Below, piece after piece: positions 39,440 to 49,528 of a stretch of DNA of 64,000 nucleotides (positions are counted from its first letter, which is position 1; each line of letters begins with the position of its first letter). The stretch is from Spirochaetota bacterium. Lineage in GTDB: Bacteria > Spirochaetota > UBA4802 > UBA5550. The stretch lies in the NCBI GenBank assembly GCA_963664815.2, contig CAXXHB010000002.1:128001-192000 (forward strand). The letters are read 5' to 3'. The translations under genes and the position numbers were made by a program. The notes beneath the pieces are model-generated. The model was given only the letters and a program-made list of their open reading frames with translations. It did not search any database and was not told the origin of the DNA.

Positions 39440-42049
39440 GTGTTTAAGGATAAAAGATATAGAGAAATATCAGGGGTTCTTCTATTCCTTGCGGGCATCA
39501 TTTTTTTCCTTGGTATTGTAAGCTATGTTCAAACAGATTACAGGGCTCTTATATACAACAGACCTGTATCAAATCTTATAGGACCAATTGGTGCTCTTCT
39601 GGGTCATATATTCAGATCAGCATTTGGACTGGCTTCTTATTTCTTTATCATCATGCTTTTTCTTTCAGGATTGTCTGTATTTAAAAATGGAGAAGTCTCG
39701 TCAATCACGGATAAACTTTTTGCCCTGTTTTTTCTTACAATCAGTTTCTCTTCACTTCTTGCAATCTGGAATACAGATTTCTATCAAAATGGTGGTGGAT
39801 TCATCGGCTATTACATATATCATTTTTTCAAGTCTACAGCGGGCTTTGTGGGTTCATGTCTTGTAATTATTATCATGAATCTTATAGGTCTTATTCTCCT
39901 CGGTACAGTTTCCCTTACAACATTTTTTGAAAACGGTGGAATATCGGCAGGAGAGGAAAAACTGAAAAAGTTTTTTAACTTAATATCTGTTAAAAAATTC
40001 GAAGGTGAACAGATTCCTCCTGATAGTACCGGAAATGGACAGAATCCGGGGAAAAAAGTTCCATGGATTACACGAAAACGAATTGTTATTGGGAGAAAAG
40101 ATGAAGTCAATGAAAATTCAGTAAAATATTTAGGAATGAATGTCTCCGCAGCCGTAAGCGAACCGATCTTTAACTCCGGCTCCGGTGATGATAAAATTAA
40201 AAGTATACTCCTGAAAAATGAAATAAATCATGAAAACAGATTGTTGAAAGAAGACGATTTCGGATTGGATGATGAAACAGGATTAAGTGAGGATGAAGAA
40301 TCATATAATGATTCACCCAGAGACCCGATTTATAATTATTCCTCCAGGGAAAACATAAAAATTTCATCAAAGATTGAACCTGATGTTACAGAAAAATATT
40401 ACGACGAACAAAAGTCTGAAGAACTTAGTGATGATTATGAAAAAAAACCGGAAATCAAAGATGTCCGGAAGAACTCCATTGATGAATTCTCTTTGAAGAA
40501 AAACAGGATATTTGAAATTGATAAAGATATCCCTGAGCCAGCGGATGAACCAGTTTCTGAACATGCTGTTGAGGAAAAAAAACAAAACGAAAAAAATTTT
40601 TTTGATCCAGATCAGATTGTAACAGAGGAACAGGTATTTAAACAGCTTAAAATAAACAAAGAGTATATAATACCGACATCCTTCTTATATAATTCAGACC
40701 CTATAGATTCTGAGACATGGGAGATCGAAATAAAAAAGAATTCCCAGCTTCTTGTCCGTACACTCGCTGACTTTGGAATTGAATCCAGAGTAATAAATGT
40801 TAACAGAGGTCCTGTAATTACATTATATGAAATGCAGATTGCTGCAGGCATTAAAATTACCCGTGTTGTCGGACTTGCAGATGATATAGCAATGGCTCTT
40901 GCAGCTTACAGAGTGAGAATTGTGGCGCCGATTCCGGGAAAATCTGCCATCGGTGTAGAGCTTCCAAACAGAAAGAGGGAGATGGTTACACTTGGTGATA
41001 TTATTAAATCGAAATCGTACCAGGAACAGAAAGGGAGCCTCAAGGTTGCATTAGGTAAAGATGTTCTTGGTTTTCCTGTAATGCTAGATTTAAAGAAACA
41101 GCCGCATTTGCTTATTGCCGGTGCTACCGGTGCCGGAAAATCGGTATGTGTAAATTCTATTATTACAAGTATTGTATATAATTATGATCCAAACTATGTA
41201 AGGTTTATTCTTGTTGATCCGAAAATGGTTGAACTTCAGTTTTATAATGGAACACCTCATCTTCTTACACCGGTAATTACTGAACCTCATCTTGCTCCTG
41301 CAGTTTTGAAGTGGTCAATATTTGAAATGGAAAGAAGATACAGACTTCTTGCTGCAATGAATACAAGAGATATCATTTCATATAACGACAAGATTGCGAA
41401 AGACAGAAAGGGTGGCGAAAAGATTCCGTTTATTATAATAATTATTGATGAACTTGCAGATCTCATGATGGTTGCCTCAAAAGATATAGAAGGCTATATT
41501 ACACGTATAGCCCAGAAAGCGAGGGCCGTTGGTATACACCTTGTTCTTGCCACACAGAGGCCATCTGTCGATGTTATTACAGGGATTATAAAAGCAAACT
41601 TTCCGGCACGAATAGCTTTCCAGGTGGCACAGAAGACAGACTCAAGAACCATCATAGATCAGAATGGAGCGGAAAAACTTCTGGGTAAAGGGGATATGCT
41701 TTATCAGTCTCCAATGAGTTCATATCCCGTAAGAATTCAGGGAGCATTTATTTCTGAAGATGAAATAATGGAAATTGTCACACATCTTAGAACACTTGGT
41801 TCACCTGATTATATAGACTTTGAAGCATCCCTTTTCCAGGATGAAGATGGCGAGATTAATGATGAGAATGATGAGCTATTTGTTGAAGCATTGAAAATTA
41901 TTGAGGAAACAAGGAAAGCTTCTGCGTCTTACCTACAGAGAAGATTAAGTATAGGTTACAACAGAGCAGCACGTATGATTGAAAAAATGGAAGAACTTGG
42001 CTACATCGGCCCCCAGCAGGGGAGCAAGCCGAGAGATATTTTCATATAA
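39440..42049 (+). CDS. ftsK: DNA translocase FtsK
   Basis: Four-TM N-terminus, acidic linker, PHLLIAGATGAGKS, IIDELADLM, LATQRPS, gamma domain LQRRLSIGYNRAAR. Confidence 0.97.
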   Translation: MFKDKRYREISGVLLFLAGIIFFLGIVSYVQTDYRALIYNRPVSNLIGPIGALLGHIFRSAFGLASYFFIIMLFLSGLSVFKNGEVSSITDKLFALFFLTISFSSLLAIWNTDFYQNGGGFIGYYIYHFFKSTAGFVGSCLVIIIMNLIGLILLGTVSLTTFFENGGISAGEEKLKKFFNLISVKKFEGEQIPPDSTGNGQNPGKKVPWITRKRIVIGRKDEVNENSVKYLGMNVSAAVSEPIFNSGSGDDKIKSILLKNEINHENRLLKEDDFGLDDETGLSEDEESYNDSPRDPIYNYSSRENIKISSKIEPDVTEKYYDEQKSEELSDDYEKKPEIKDVRKNSIDEFSLKKNRIFEIDKDIPEPADEPVSEHAVEEKKQNEKNFFDPDQIVTEEQVFKQLKINKEYIIPTSFLYNSDPIDSETWEIEIKKNSQLLVRTLADFGIESRVINVNRGPVITLYEMQIAAGIKITRVVGLADDIAMALAAYRVRIVAPIPGKSAIGVELPNRKREMVTLGDIIKSKSYQEQKGSLKVALGKDVLGFPVMLDLKKQPHLLIAGATGAGKSVCVNSIITSIVYNYDPNYVRFILVDPKMVELQFYNGTPHLLTPVITEPHLAPAVLKWSIFEMERRYRLLAAMNTRDIISYNDKIAKDRKGGEKIPFIIIIIDELADLMMVASKDIEGYITRIAQKARAVGIHLVLATQRPSVDVITGIIKANFPARIAFQVAQKTDSRTIIDQNGAEKLLGKGDMLYQSPMSSYPVRIQGAFISEDEIMEIVTHLRTLGSPDYIDFEASLFQDEDGEINDENDELFVEALKIIEETRKASASYLQRRLSIGYNRAARMIEKMEELGYIGPQQGSKPRDIFI

Positions 42050-42307
42050 ACCATAAGCAGATCCAGTGGTTTGAATACTGAACAGGTAAATCTCTTGAAA
42101 CTCACATCATTCTGATTAATCATTACATTATCCGGTTAAATTGAAGCCGTAACTTCACCCCTGTCACCATAAATGAAATACTCGGTCACATCAGATATTC
42201 CAGTGTCTTTTCCTGTGTCAGGCTAAAAGTGTATTCAGATATTTATTCATTTTTAATATTTGATCTGAATAGAAATGGATTATTTTATATAGAAAACAGT
42301 AAGATCT

Positions 42308-43129
42308 TCATTTAACTGCGTAAATTTCAATTGTATCAGAAAAGCCTGTCAGCAAAGAATATAATCTGTATAATAATTCGAATGGTTTGTAAAAAATATT
42401 ATTTGTACTCAAAACTCTTTCCGGATGATAGCCGCATTTTATAATTTTAACTTTTTTAAATCCTGTATTTTTAAGAATTTTTTTTGCACTCTTAGGCGAC
42501 AGGTCTATCCGATGATCTCTTGGATGCATTTTAATCCATTCATCTTTTGAAATGAAAAACATCGGGCCAAAAAATGAAGGAACAGCCATGGCAAAAACTC
42601 CATCATCATTTAACATCTGGTAAATTCTTTTTATTGCATTCAATGGATCCATAAGGTGCTCTATAAAAAACCATGAGGTAATGATGTCAAATTTTTCATT
42701 TATTTCAACTTTTTCAAATGGTGATTCAATAACTTCAATAAAAAAATTATTCCTGCAATAATCAGAGGCAAAGTTGGAAATCTCAATTCCTCGAAGTTTT
42801 TTTATTCCTATATCTTTTGCCGCTTTAAGAAAAAAACCTGCTGCACTACCAATATCAAGTAAAGACAGGTCAAACTCTCTTTTATTAATAATTTTTAATA
42901 TTTTTTTCAGGCGTAAAGTGGAAAGATTGTAGATATTCTCGAAATCCTCAAGATACGTCTTTCCATATTGTCCATGATATTCGGAAATAAAATAATCCCT
43001 GTCATAAGACAGGGATTTACAATTAACATTGAAAACCAAACTGCATCTGCCACATTTGTAAAGATCAGAGCTTATCTTCTTATCGGAAAATTTGCCACAA
43101 AAAGGGCAGTTGGCTGGTTTAGAATTCAT
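42308..43129 (-). CDS. Class I SAM-dependent methyltransferase with N-terminal Zn-ribbon
   Basis: CPFC...CGRC, LLDIGSAAGFFL, GIEIS, FDIIT..IEH..DP. Confidence 0.88.
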   Translation of the reverse strand: MNSKPANCPFCGKFSDKKISSDLYKCGRCSLVFNVNCKSLSYDRDYFISEYHGQYGKTYLEDFENIYNLSTLRLKKILKIINKREFDLSLLDIGSAAGFFLKAAKDIGIKKLRGIEISNFASDYCRNNFFIEVIESPFEKVEINEKFDIITSWFFIEHLMDPLNAIKRIYQMLNDDGVFAMAVPSFFGPMFFISKDEWIKMHPRDHRIDLSPKSAKKILKNTGFKKVKIIKCGYHPERVLSTNNIFYKPFELLYRLYSLLTGFSDTIEIYAVK

Positions 43130-43617
43130 TTTGTCTTGGTTTTTCTTTTTGCAGGTTCAACAACAACGGGTACTCCTCTTATTCTCGCATTATCAAATGA
43201 ATGTAGTACAAGTTCTGCATACTGCTCCGGTATCTCAAAAAAAGCATAGGTTGAATGGATATCGATTTTACCGATAGTTTTGCCGTCAATTCCGGATCTC
43301 TTTACAACCTCTCGGATAAGATCCCCGGTCGAGATATTCTGATTTTTCCCAACATTGATAAACAGCCGGGCCCGGCCATCTTTGATGTCCTCAAAAATGA
43401 TTTTGCCGGATTCAGTTTTATTCAGGAGTCTTTCGGCATTAAGGTCGAGTCTCGATATATCACCGAGAAGCTCTTTAAGCAGGGCAGCGGCTATTCTTTT
43501 AGTTCCGCCGAAGAAGGGGAGTTTCTTCTTCATCACTTTCAGGAGTTTTAGGTAATCGTCCAGTTCTTCAGAGAGGGCGCACTCCAGAATTTTTTCCAGT
43601 TTTTTTTCCTGATTCAT
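43126..43617 (-). CDS. Stand-alone DbpA RNA-binding domain protein
   Basis: C-terminal RLFINVGK....GDLI.....SGI....IGKIDI...YAFFEIP matches the DbpA RBD; no DEAD helicase core. Likely start MNQEKK at 43617. Confidence 0.85.
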   Translation of the reverse strand: MNQEKKLEKILECALSEELDDYLKLLKVMKKKLPFFGGTKRIAAALLKELLGDISRLDLNAERLLNKTESGKIIFEDIKDGRARLFINVGKNQNISTGDLIREVVKRSGIDGKTIGKIDIHSTYAFFEIPEQYAELVLHSFDNARIRGVPVVVEPAKRKTKTK

Positions 43618-43939
43618 TTTAAAACATTCCTCACTCAAAGGTAGGTAGTTACTGCAATTTGCAGCGATGTTAATTCGAATATTCTGAATTAGCATTCATA
43701 TATTTCTTAAATAAAAATGGCAAGTATTTTTCGTTTAATTAGTTGATCTCACGGATTTATTACTCACACTTTATGAGTATTTTATTATTAACTATATATT
43801 CAGGAATTATTGCAGATATTAAATTATTGTTTGACGAACATCCGTTACGTGAGATTATTTTTCAATAGAATTTGTTTGATGTAGATTAAATAAAAAATTT
43901 TTAAAGTTTAATTCTAAAATTCCAGGTTTGAATAAGTGT

Positions 43940-44308
43940 ATGAAAAAAATTTCTTTTCTTTTTTTCTTTTTTTTTGGTATTTCATGTCTGTATGGAGAAT
44001 TCAATCCGTGGAATTCAGATGTTAATATCGGTGATTCTATTAATTTCAACGAAAGCAGCTATTCAAATGTTTTTAATGGCGTCCAAAGTGGAGCTTTTTT
44101 TCTTATTAAATTTTATCAGATTGTTATTTCTCCGCAAGATGGACCGAACTGCAGACATATTCCCACATGCAGTGCATACGGGAAACAGGCGGTTATAAAA
44201 CATGGGGCATTTTTCGGATCTATCATGGCCGGAGAAAGGTTGTTAAGGTGCAACCCATATTATCCACCAGAAAAAGATCCAGTTCCGGATAAGGTTTTCG
44301 GTAAATGA
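43940..44308 (+). CDS. yidD: Membrane protein insertion efficiency factor YidD-like protein with N-terminal signal-like extension
   Basis: IKFYQIVISP, CRHIPTCSAY, KHG, RLLRCNP, DPVP. Confidence 0.85.
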   Translation: MKKISFLFFFFFGISCLYGEFNPWNSDVNIGDSINFNESSYSNVFNGVQSGAFFLIKFYQIVISPQDGPNCRHIPTCSAYGKQAVIKHGAFFGSIMAGERLLRCNPYYPPEKDPVPDKVFGK

Positions 44309-45180
44309 GAAAATTTTTCTTTATTTATTTCTTTTTCCTACTTACAGTAATTTCATCAGCTAATGATAATAAAAATTTTCTGAACCGCCAGATTAAATTT
44401 ATCAACGAACTTTATATTAATGGACGATATTTTGACTGCATTGCTGAAACTGAAAAAATTCAAATAACTGAAAATAGCCCTGATATTGAATACTTCATAT
44501 TCTCAAACTACTATCTTGCCGGTCAATATGCAACAGTAATAAATAATTATAATATAAACATTTCATCTGATGAGATGCATTTCAAGTCCCTGCTTCTTTT
44601 ATCGGGTTCATTTTTAAAAAAAGAAAAATATTTTGAAAGCTATGAAACTCTAAAAAAATTTGAATATAATGAACTTCCCAGTGAATACATTTTTACAATG
44701 TTTCTGCGTAGAACAGAATCCCTGATTCTAACAGGTGATAATTCAATGATAGATAACGAAATCAGTAAATCTGGTGCTTTTCTGGAAGATAATTACAATT
44801 TTAAAAAACTGAGAGAAGAACTTCTGCTGTATAAAAAGAATGAATTGAAAAATCCCTCTTACTCGGCATTGATATCGGCATTTTTACCAGGGCTCGGACA
44901 ATGTTATAATGGATATCCAATGGATGGTTTAATATCTTTCACTGCTATTGCAGCTACACTTGCAGGAGGACTTTATTTGAGAGATTCCGGAAAGAAAGAT
45001 TTTTCATATACACTATTCTTTTTTTCAGGACTTTTTTATGGAGGAAACATTTATGGAGCATATAATTCGGCACAGGCGGAAAACAATAAGGAGCTTCATC
45101 GCAGAAGAAACAGTATAATTTCTCAATATGGTTCTTATAACCCAGGTGACTACGTTGACATAGAGAGCATATTTCATTGA
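44305..45180 (+). CDS. Hypothetical exported TPR-like protein with C-terminal TM2/DUF5683-like membrane domain
   Basis: Signal peptide, helical region, KNP..SALISAFLPGLGQCY followed by TM helices. Confidence 0.65.
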   Translation: MRKFFFIYFFFLLTVISSANDNKNFLNRQIKFINELYINGRYFDCIAETEKIQITENSPDIEYFIFSNYYLAGQYATVINNYNINISSDEMHFKSLLLLSGSFLKKEKYFESYETLKKFEYNELPSEYIFTMFLRRTESLILTGDNSMIDNEISKSGAFLEDNYNFKKLREELLLYKKNELKNPSYSALISAFLPGLGQCYNGYPMDGLISFTAIAATLAGGLYLRDSGKKDFSYTLFFFSGLFYGGNIYGAYNSAQAENNKELHRRRNSIISQYGSYNPGDYVDIESIFH

Positions 45181-46025
45181 AAAAGCTGCTATTTTGTTTT
45201 ATAATATCATTCATAACCCCCCCTATCTTCCCATCAGAAAAGGGTTTAATAGAACTCGCCGAATATCATTATAATAAAAAAGAATATTATAATTCAATTA
45301 CTGAATCTATGAGGTATCAGTTTTTATATCCTCAAGGTTCACTTTTTTCTAAAAGTTTGCTTATAATGAGTAAATCCTACTATAAAGGTGGAAATAAAGA
45401 AAAAGCTTTATTTACATTATCTGAGTGCTTCGAAAAGTTCACTAATAATGATGATGGACAAATTGCCCTGTTTTATAATGGTCTTATCAGGCTTGAATCG
45501 GGTTCGTATAATCTTGCTTTAAAATCATTTCTCGAATATGATTACATATACAATAACGGTATTTATAAGGAAGACGCATTAATTAATTTAACCATTGCAT
45601 ATTCCATTACCGGAAATTATGAAGACGCTGAAAAGGTAGTACTCAATTATAAAAAAACTTTTCCCAATGGGAAATATCAGAAAAAAATGGATGAATTATC
45701 TATATTAATTGACGATCTTAAATTGAAACCTGAAAAAAATCCATTTATTGCAGGACTATCTTCTGCAATAATTCCTGGATCAGGGTATTTTTATACAGAG
45801 AAATATATGCTTGGCATTTTTTCTTTTTTAACTAACAGCGCTCTTATCTATGGAATTTATGACGGTTATAAAAAAAGGAATCAGTTTCAAATGATATTCT
45901 TTTCAGTTATTGAATTATCCTTTTATAATTATTCAATTATAGGTTCAGTAAAAAGCGTAAATGAATATAATACCCACAATGATTTAAAAAGAGATATTTT
46001 ACTCGGATTTAAAACAACATTCTGA
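45177..46025 (+). CDS. TPR (BamD/YfiO-like) protein with C-terminal TM2/DUF5683-like membrane domain
   Basis: Signal peptide, TPR repeats with YP.G/FP.G turns, KNPFIAGLSSAIIPGSGYFY plus TM helices. Confidence 0.68.
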   Translation: MKKLLFCFIISFITPPIFPSEKGLIELAEYHYNKKEYYNSITESMRYQFLYPQGSLFSKSLLIMSKSYYKGGNKEKALFTLSECFEKFTNNDDGQIALFYNGLIRLESGSYNLALKSFLEYDYIYNNGIYKEDALINLTIAYSITGNYEDAEKVVLNYKKTFPNGKYQKKMDELSILIDDLKLKPEKNPFIAGLSSAIIPGSGYFYTEKYMLGIFSFLTNSALIYGIYDGYKKRNQFQMIFFSVIELSFYNYSIIGSVKSVNEYNTHNDLKRDILLGFKTTF

Positions 46026-46047
46026 TATAAATAGTTATGGAGAATTT

Positions 46048-46698
46048 GTGGAAAGAAAATCTTACAAGATTGATTCTCTTGATAGTATTAATCCTGAAAA
46101 AAGTCAGCTAATAAATTTTGAAAGAATTATAAAAAACGAAAGACTGGAAGATGTTGCTGAAAAACTTGTTGAGTCGACATTCGTTGAACAACATTTCATG
46201 AGAAAGGACGCGATTGACCGTTTTCTTGATTTTGCATTTTTCCGAATTCAAACCGGAGCATTTGATGTAATACACATGGCCTACCCAACAAAACGGATGC
46301 ACGACAGAGATCTTGAAACAAAAATTAAAAGCCTGTTAAATGAACATTTATATCCTGAAATTGTTCTCAGGATTCTTAAATTCTTTGCCAGAAATATTCA
46401 TGATTCAGATACAAATCTTTATATTGCAAACCTGATTGAATCTGAGTCGATAATTCGTTCAGTATATGATACTTTTAAGCTTTTTCAGAAAGACATTTTT
46501 ATCTATAATGCTGAGAAAAAAACGTTGAATGTTAAAATGATTCAACAATTTTCACCACAGTCAGATGTTACCCTCTCTCTCCCTCTTGATGCATGCGCGA
46601 GATTTAAGTATATACTTGAGTTTTTTTACATCAAGCAGAAAGTCAGCCATATATATACTCTCGATGATCTGATAATGTATAAGAAAGAGGCTTCATAA
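46048..46698 (+). CDS. Hypothetical protein
   Basis: 216-aa ORF with GGAG SD and GTG start; helical composition, no recognised motif. Confidence 0.7.
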   Translation: MERKSYKIDSLDSINPEKSQLINFERIIKNERLEDVAEKLVESTFVEQHFMRKDAIDRFLDFAFFRIQTGAFDVIHMAYPTKRMHDRDLETKIKSLLNEHLYPEIVLRILKFFARNIHDSDTNLYIANLIESESIIRSVYDTFKLFQKDIFIYNAEKKTLNVKMIQQFSPQSDVTLSLPLDACARFKYILEFFYIKQKVSHIYTLDDLIMYKKEAS

Positions 46699-46702
46699 AA
46701 AT

Positions 46703-47146
46703 CTATTTTTTATAATTGTTATCTTCAGAATCAACAGTTTCTTTTACAAAGATATTCATATATCGCCTGGAGTCTGTAAATCCTTTCACATCATTAAGTG
46801 ACGGCTTATTCTCCTTAATAAGCCAAAACATTATGTCCTGTATATCGAGAGGACTTGTATCAATAACTGTATATTTGAAATACATGTCATGCTCAAGAAG
46901 CTTTTCGCGAAGATCATTATGTTTGAGAACCAGTTCGTCCATTAATTTAGCTAATCCAACTCTCAGACCATCTCTCCAACATGCGTAGAAAAGGGTGGAC
47001 TCCATTTTTCTGTTAATTTTATTTTGTATCCAGATAATTCCGGGAAGCTCCGGCAAAACTCTTCTTGCCTCATATTTGTCATATTCAAACAGACGCGACC
47101 AATTTATCGAATAATAAACGTTCTGATCTCTTAGATCTTTTTTCAT
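46703..47146 (-). CDS. Hypothetical protein, degenerate GIY-YIG-like fold
   Basis: LPELPGII, LFYA, LR..L and LIKENKPSLN align with the UvrC-N pattern, but the catalytic residues are missing. Confidence 0.5.
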   Translation of the reverse strand: MKKDLRDQNVYYSINWSRLFEYDKYEARRVLPELPGIIWIQNKINRKMESTLFYACWRDGLRVGLAKLMDELVLKHNDLREKLLEHDMYFKYTVIDTSPLDIQDIMFWLIKENKPSLNDVKGFTDSRRYMNIFVKETVDSEDNNYKK

Positions 47147-47162
47147 TTTACATTTTACCCGG

Positions 47163-47738
47163 CTATTCCATTTTTTTTATCAGCTGATTAAGTTTCTTCA
47201 AAAGCTTTACACTTCTTTTTTTTATATCAGTATCATTAAGCAGTTCAATTCGTAGTTTATAATCCAATACAAAATAATTGGCTATAAAATCAGTTATTTG
47301 ATTTAGTTCAAATAAGAAATTCATCAATTCAATTAAACGGTCAGATTCCTGTACATTGATAAGAAAAACAAGTTCCTGCGCTTTTTTTCTAAGTTCCTTT
47401 ATTAATTCCGGATCTGTATTGTTTACATCCGGTTGTATTATGCTGTAAAAGGCTTCATGTATACCTTTAATCTTTATAATATGAACTCTTGTTATACCCT
47501 TAAGATGTAAATTTATTTTTCCATCCTTCTCTTCTAAATCAGTTATTTCTGCTAAAATGGCAACACGCCTTCTAATTATAAGAAGATCAAAAATATTTCT
47601 TATAGGATAAGTAATAATTTTATCCCTCTTTTTCAGACCTTCTGAAAAAGTTGAATGTCTCAAAAGCACACAGGTAGTGCAATGAGGGAAAAGAACTTTT
47701 TTATGAAGGATGAAGGCTTTTACAAATTCATGATTCAT
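47163..47738 (-). CDS. Stand-alone Lon N-terminal (substrate-binding) domain protein
   Basis: VLFPH, LKGITRV.I, ITDFIA...L......ELL...D..KR match the Lon-N pattern; no AAA+ or protease domain. Confidence 0.75.
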   Translation of the reverse strand: MNHEFVKAFILHKKVLFPHCTTCVLLRHSTFSEGLKKRDKIITYPIRNIFDLLIIRRRVAILAEITDLEEKDGKINLHLKGITRVHIIKIKGIHEAFYSIIQPDVNNTDPELIKELRKKAQELVFLINVQESDRLIELMNFLFELNQITDFIANYFVLDYKLRIELLNDTDIKKRSVKLLKKLNQLIKKME

Positions 47739-48200
47739 CAGTTAATTATTCTGTTTTTTAAAAATTAATAATTCTAAAAGAACTTCTATGACTTTATATT
47801 TAAAGATTTCGGAGAGATCTACTTGAGTATATAACTTTTTTTTAATTTTACAATAAATATCTTTTTTATATATAATTAGAAATGTAGTTTTATTTAAAAT
47901 CCAGCAAAGCTCATAGTGATTATAAATTGAGATTTATAGCCAACTCTTTGTACTAAAGTGAAATAAGTATAAAAAAAAGATTGTAAATTTTGTCAATAGG
48001 TATATTGTAAATCTGAAGTCAGTTATTAATATATCTTGTAATGTTACAAATAACCTAATCATCTTTAAAACTTATCAAAATACTGTAAAATGGTATTATC
48101 ATAATAAATAAATTTTGAATATAACTGAATCAGAAAGAAGTAAACATAATATTGATTACATAATAAATTTTTTGGAACTGATAAATTAAGAGGTAATTAT

Positions 48201-48515
48201 ATGTCAGATAAAAGAAAAAACGAAAGAATAAAAAAAGGGATTAAATCCGAGGTATTTTCTGAAGAACATGCCTCTTTCAGCTCTTCAGTTGATTTAAGCA
48301 AAGGTGGAATTTTTATTTCTACACCAGAACCTCTCGGGAAAGGTTCTGAAGTAAACATGATAATTCATATGCCGGGTCATGGAGAGCTTGAAGTTAAGGG
48401 AATTGTTAAATGGGTTAGAAACGATGAAACAGAAGCTGCAAGAGCCGGGATGGGAATTGAGTTTACTAATGTAAACACTGATTTGAAAAAGAAGCTTGAT
48501 GAACTGATAAAATAA
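48201..48515 (+). CDS. Single-domain PilZ protein (c-di-GMP receptor)
   Basis: RKNER (RxxxR) and DLSKGG (DxSxxG) intact; GIVKWVR, GMGIEF. Confidence 0.9.
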   Translation: MSDKRKNERIKKGIKSEVFSEEHASFSSSVDLSKGGIFISTPEPLGKGSEVNMIIHMPGHGELEVKGIVKWVRNDETEAARAGMGIEFTNVNTDLKKKLDELIK

Positions 48516-48516
48516 A

Positions 48517-49119
48517 CTATCTGAATAAATCAAAAACTGCTTCGGCCATAAACTTATATCCCGATTCAGTTGGATGGATACCGTCTAACTGAACAAGGAG
48601 TGTATGCTTAATACCCGAATTTATTTTCGTCTCCCAATATTCATGAACTTTTACAACAGGAATATTATACTTTAAACCGCTTTCTGATATTTTTTTGTAA
48701 TATTCCTGTGCAAATTTATTTTCTGCATGATTTAATAATGCGACAGATGTTAAAAGTGCTATTTCGGTGCTGTCTCTATCTTTTATTTTTAAAATTATTG
48801 ATTCAAGATTTGACTGAAAATCTTCAGGAGAGAATCCGGTATATGCATCATTAAGCGCGAATTGTATTAATACAAGATCAGGAGATAATCGTATAACATC
48901 ATTTTCCACTCTTCTGAGCCCATCCCTGGCAGTGTCTCCGGGGATTCCTTTGTTGAAAATGGAAAAAATTGAGGCAGGATACTCTTGTTTTATCATTGTT
49001 TTTAGATAATCAATATATCCATATTCCGTCATCCAGCCGAATGTTAAGGAGTCACCAAGAGCTACAATTTTTAAATCTACTCCATCTTTTAACTTCTGTA
49101 GAGTATTAACCAGCTTCAT
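48517..49119 (-). CDS. SGNH/GDSL hydrolase
   Basis: LGDSLT, NKGIPG, FALND, DGIHP. Confidence 0.92.
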   Translation of the reverse strand: MKLVNTLQKLKDGVDLKIVALGDSLTFGWMTEYGYIDYLKTMIKQEYPASIFSIFNKGIPGDTARDGLRRVENDVIRLSPDLVLIQFALNDAYTGFSPEDFQSNLESIILKIKDRDSTEIALLTSVALLNHAENKFAQEYYKKISESGLKYNIPVVKVHEYWETKINSGIKHTLLVQLDGIHPTESGYKFMAEAVFDLFR

Positions 49120-49528
49120 GAATAAATCTCCTTTTGTGTTTTTAAAATCAGAGCTTTTATTTTCAAATATATTTAAAATTATGAGAATTGATTACAACCA
49201 TATTGTAATATATAAAAATCAGATACTTTTATTCAAGGTTAAAAAGTACCGATCACTCCAAATCCACATATGAATTCTTTATTTAAAAAAAAATGTTTAA
49301 AAAAGTATATTTTTTTTAATTATTCAAATAATATTATTGCTTTTTGCTCTAATTAGTATAAAATATAAAGAATAGTCTTATAGTGTATAAAAAATATTAT
49401 ATTTTTTTTATTTTTTAACAGGAATTCTTTATATATTAGTGGAAAAGTTTAAAAATTTTTATTTTAATATAATTATTAAAAACAGCAGTAAAATAATAAT
49501 AAAGTGATACAAATTCAGGAGTGATGGA

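Noticed and set aside
49191-49209. ATTACAA-5-TTGTAAT dyad between the SGNH and padR genes
   Set aside because: An AT-rich 7-bp dyad in very AT-rich DNA is expected by chance and does not match the ATGT-N8-ACAT PadR box.
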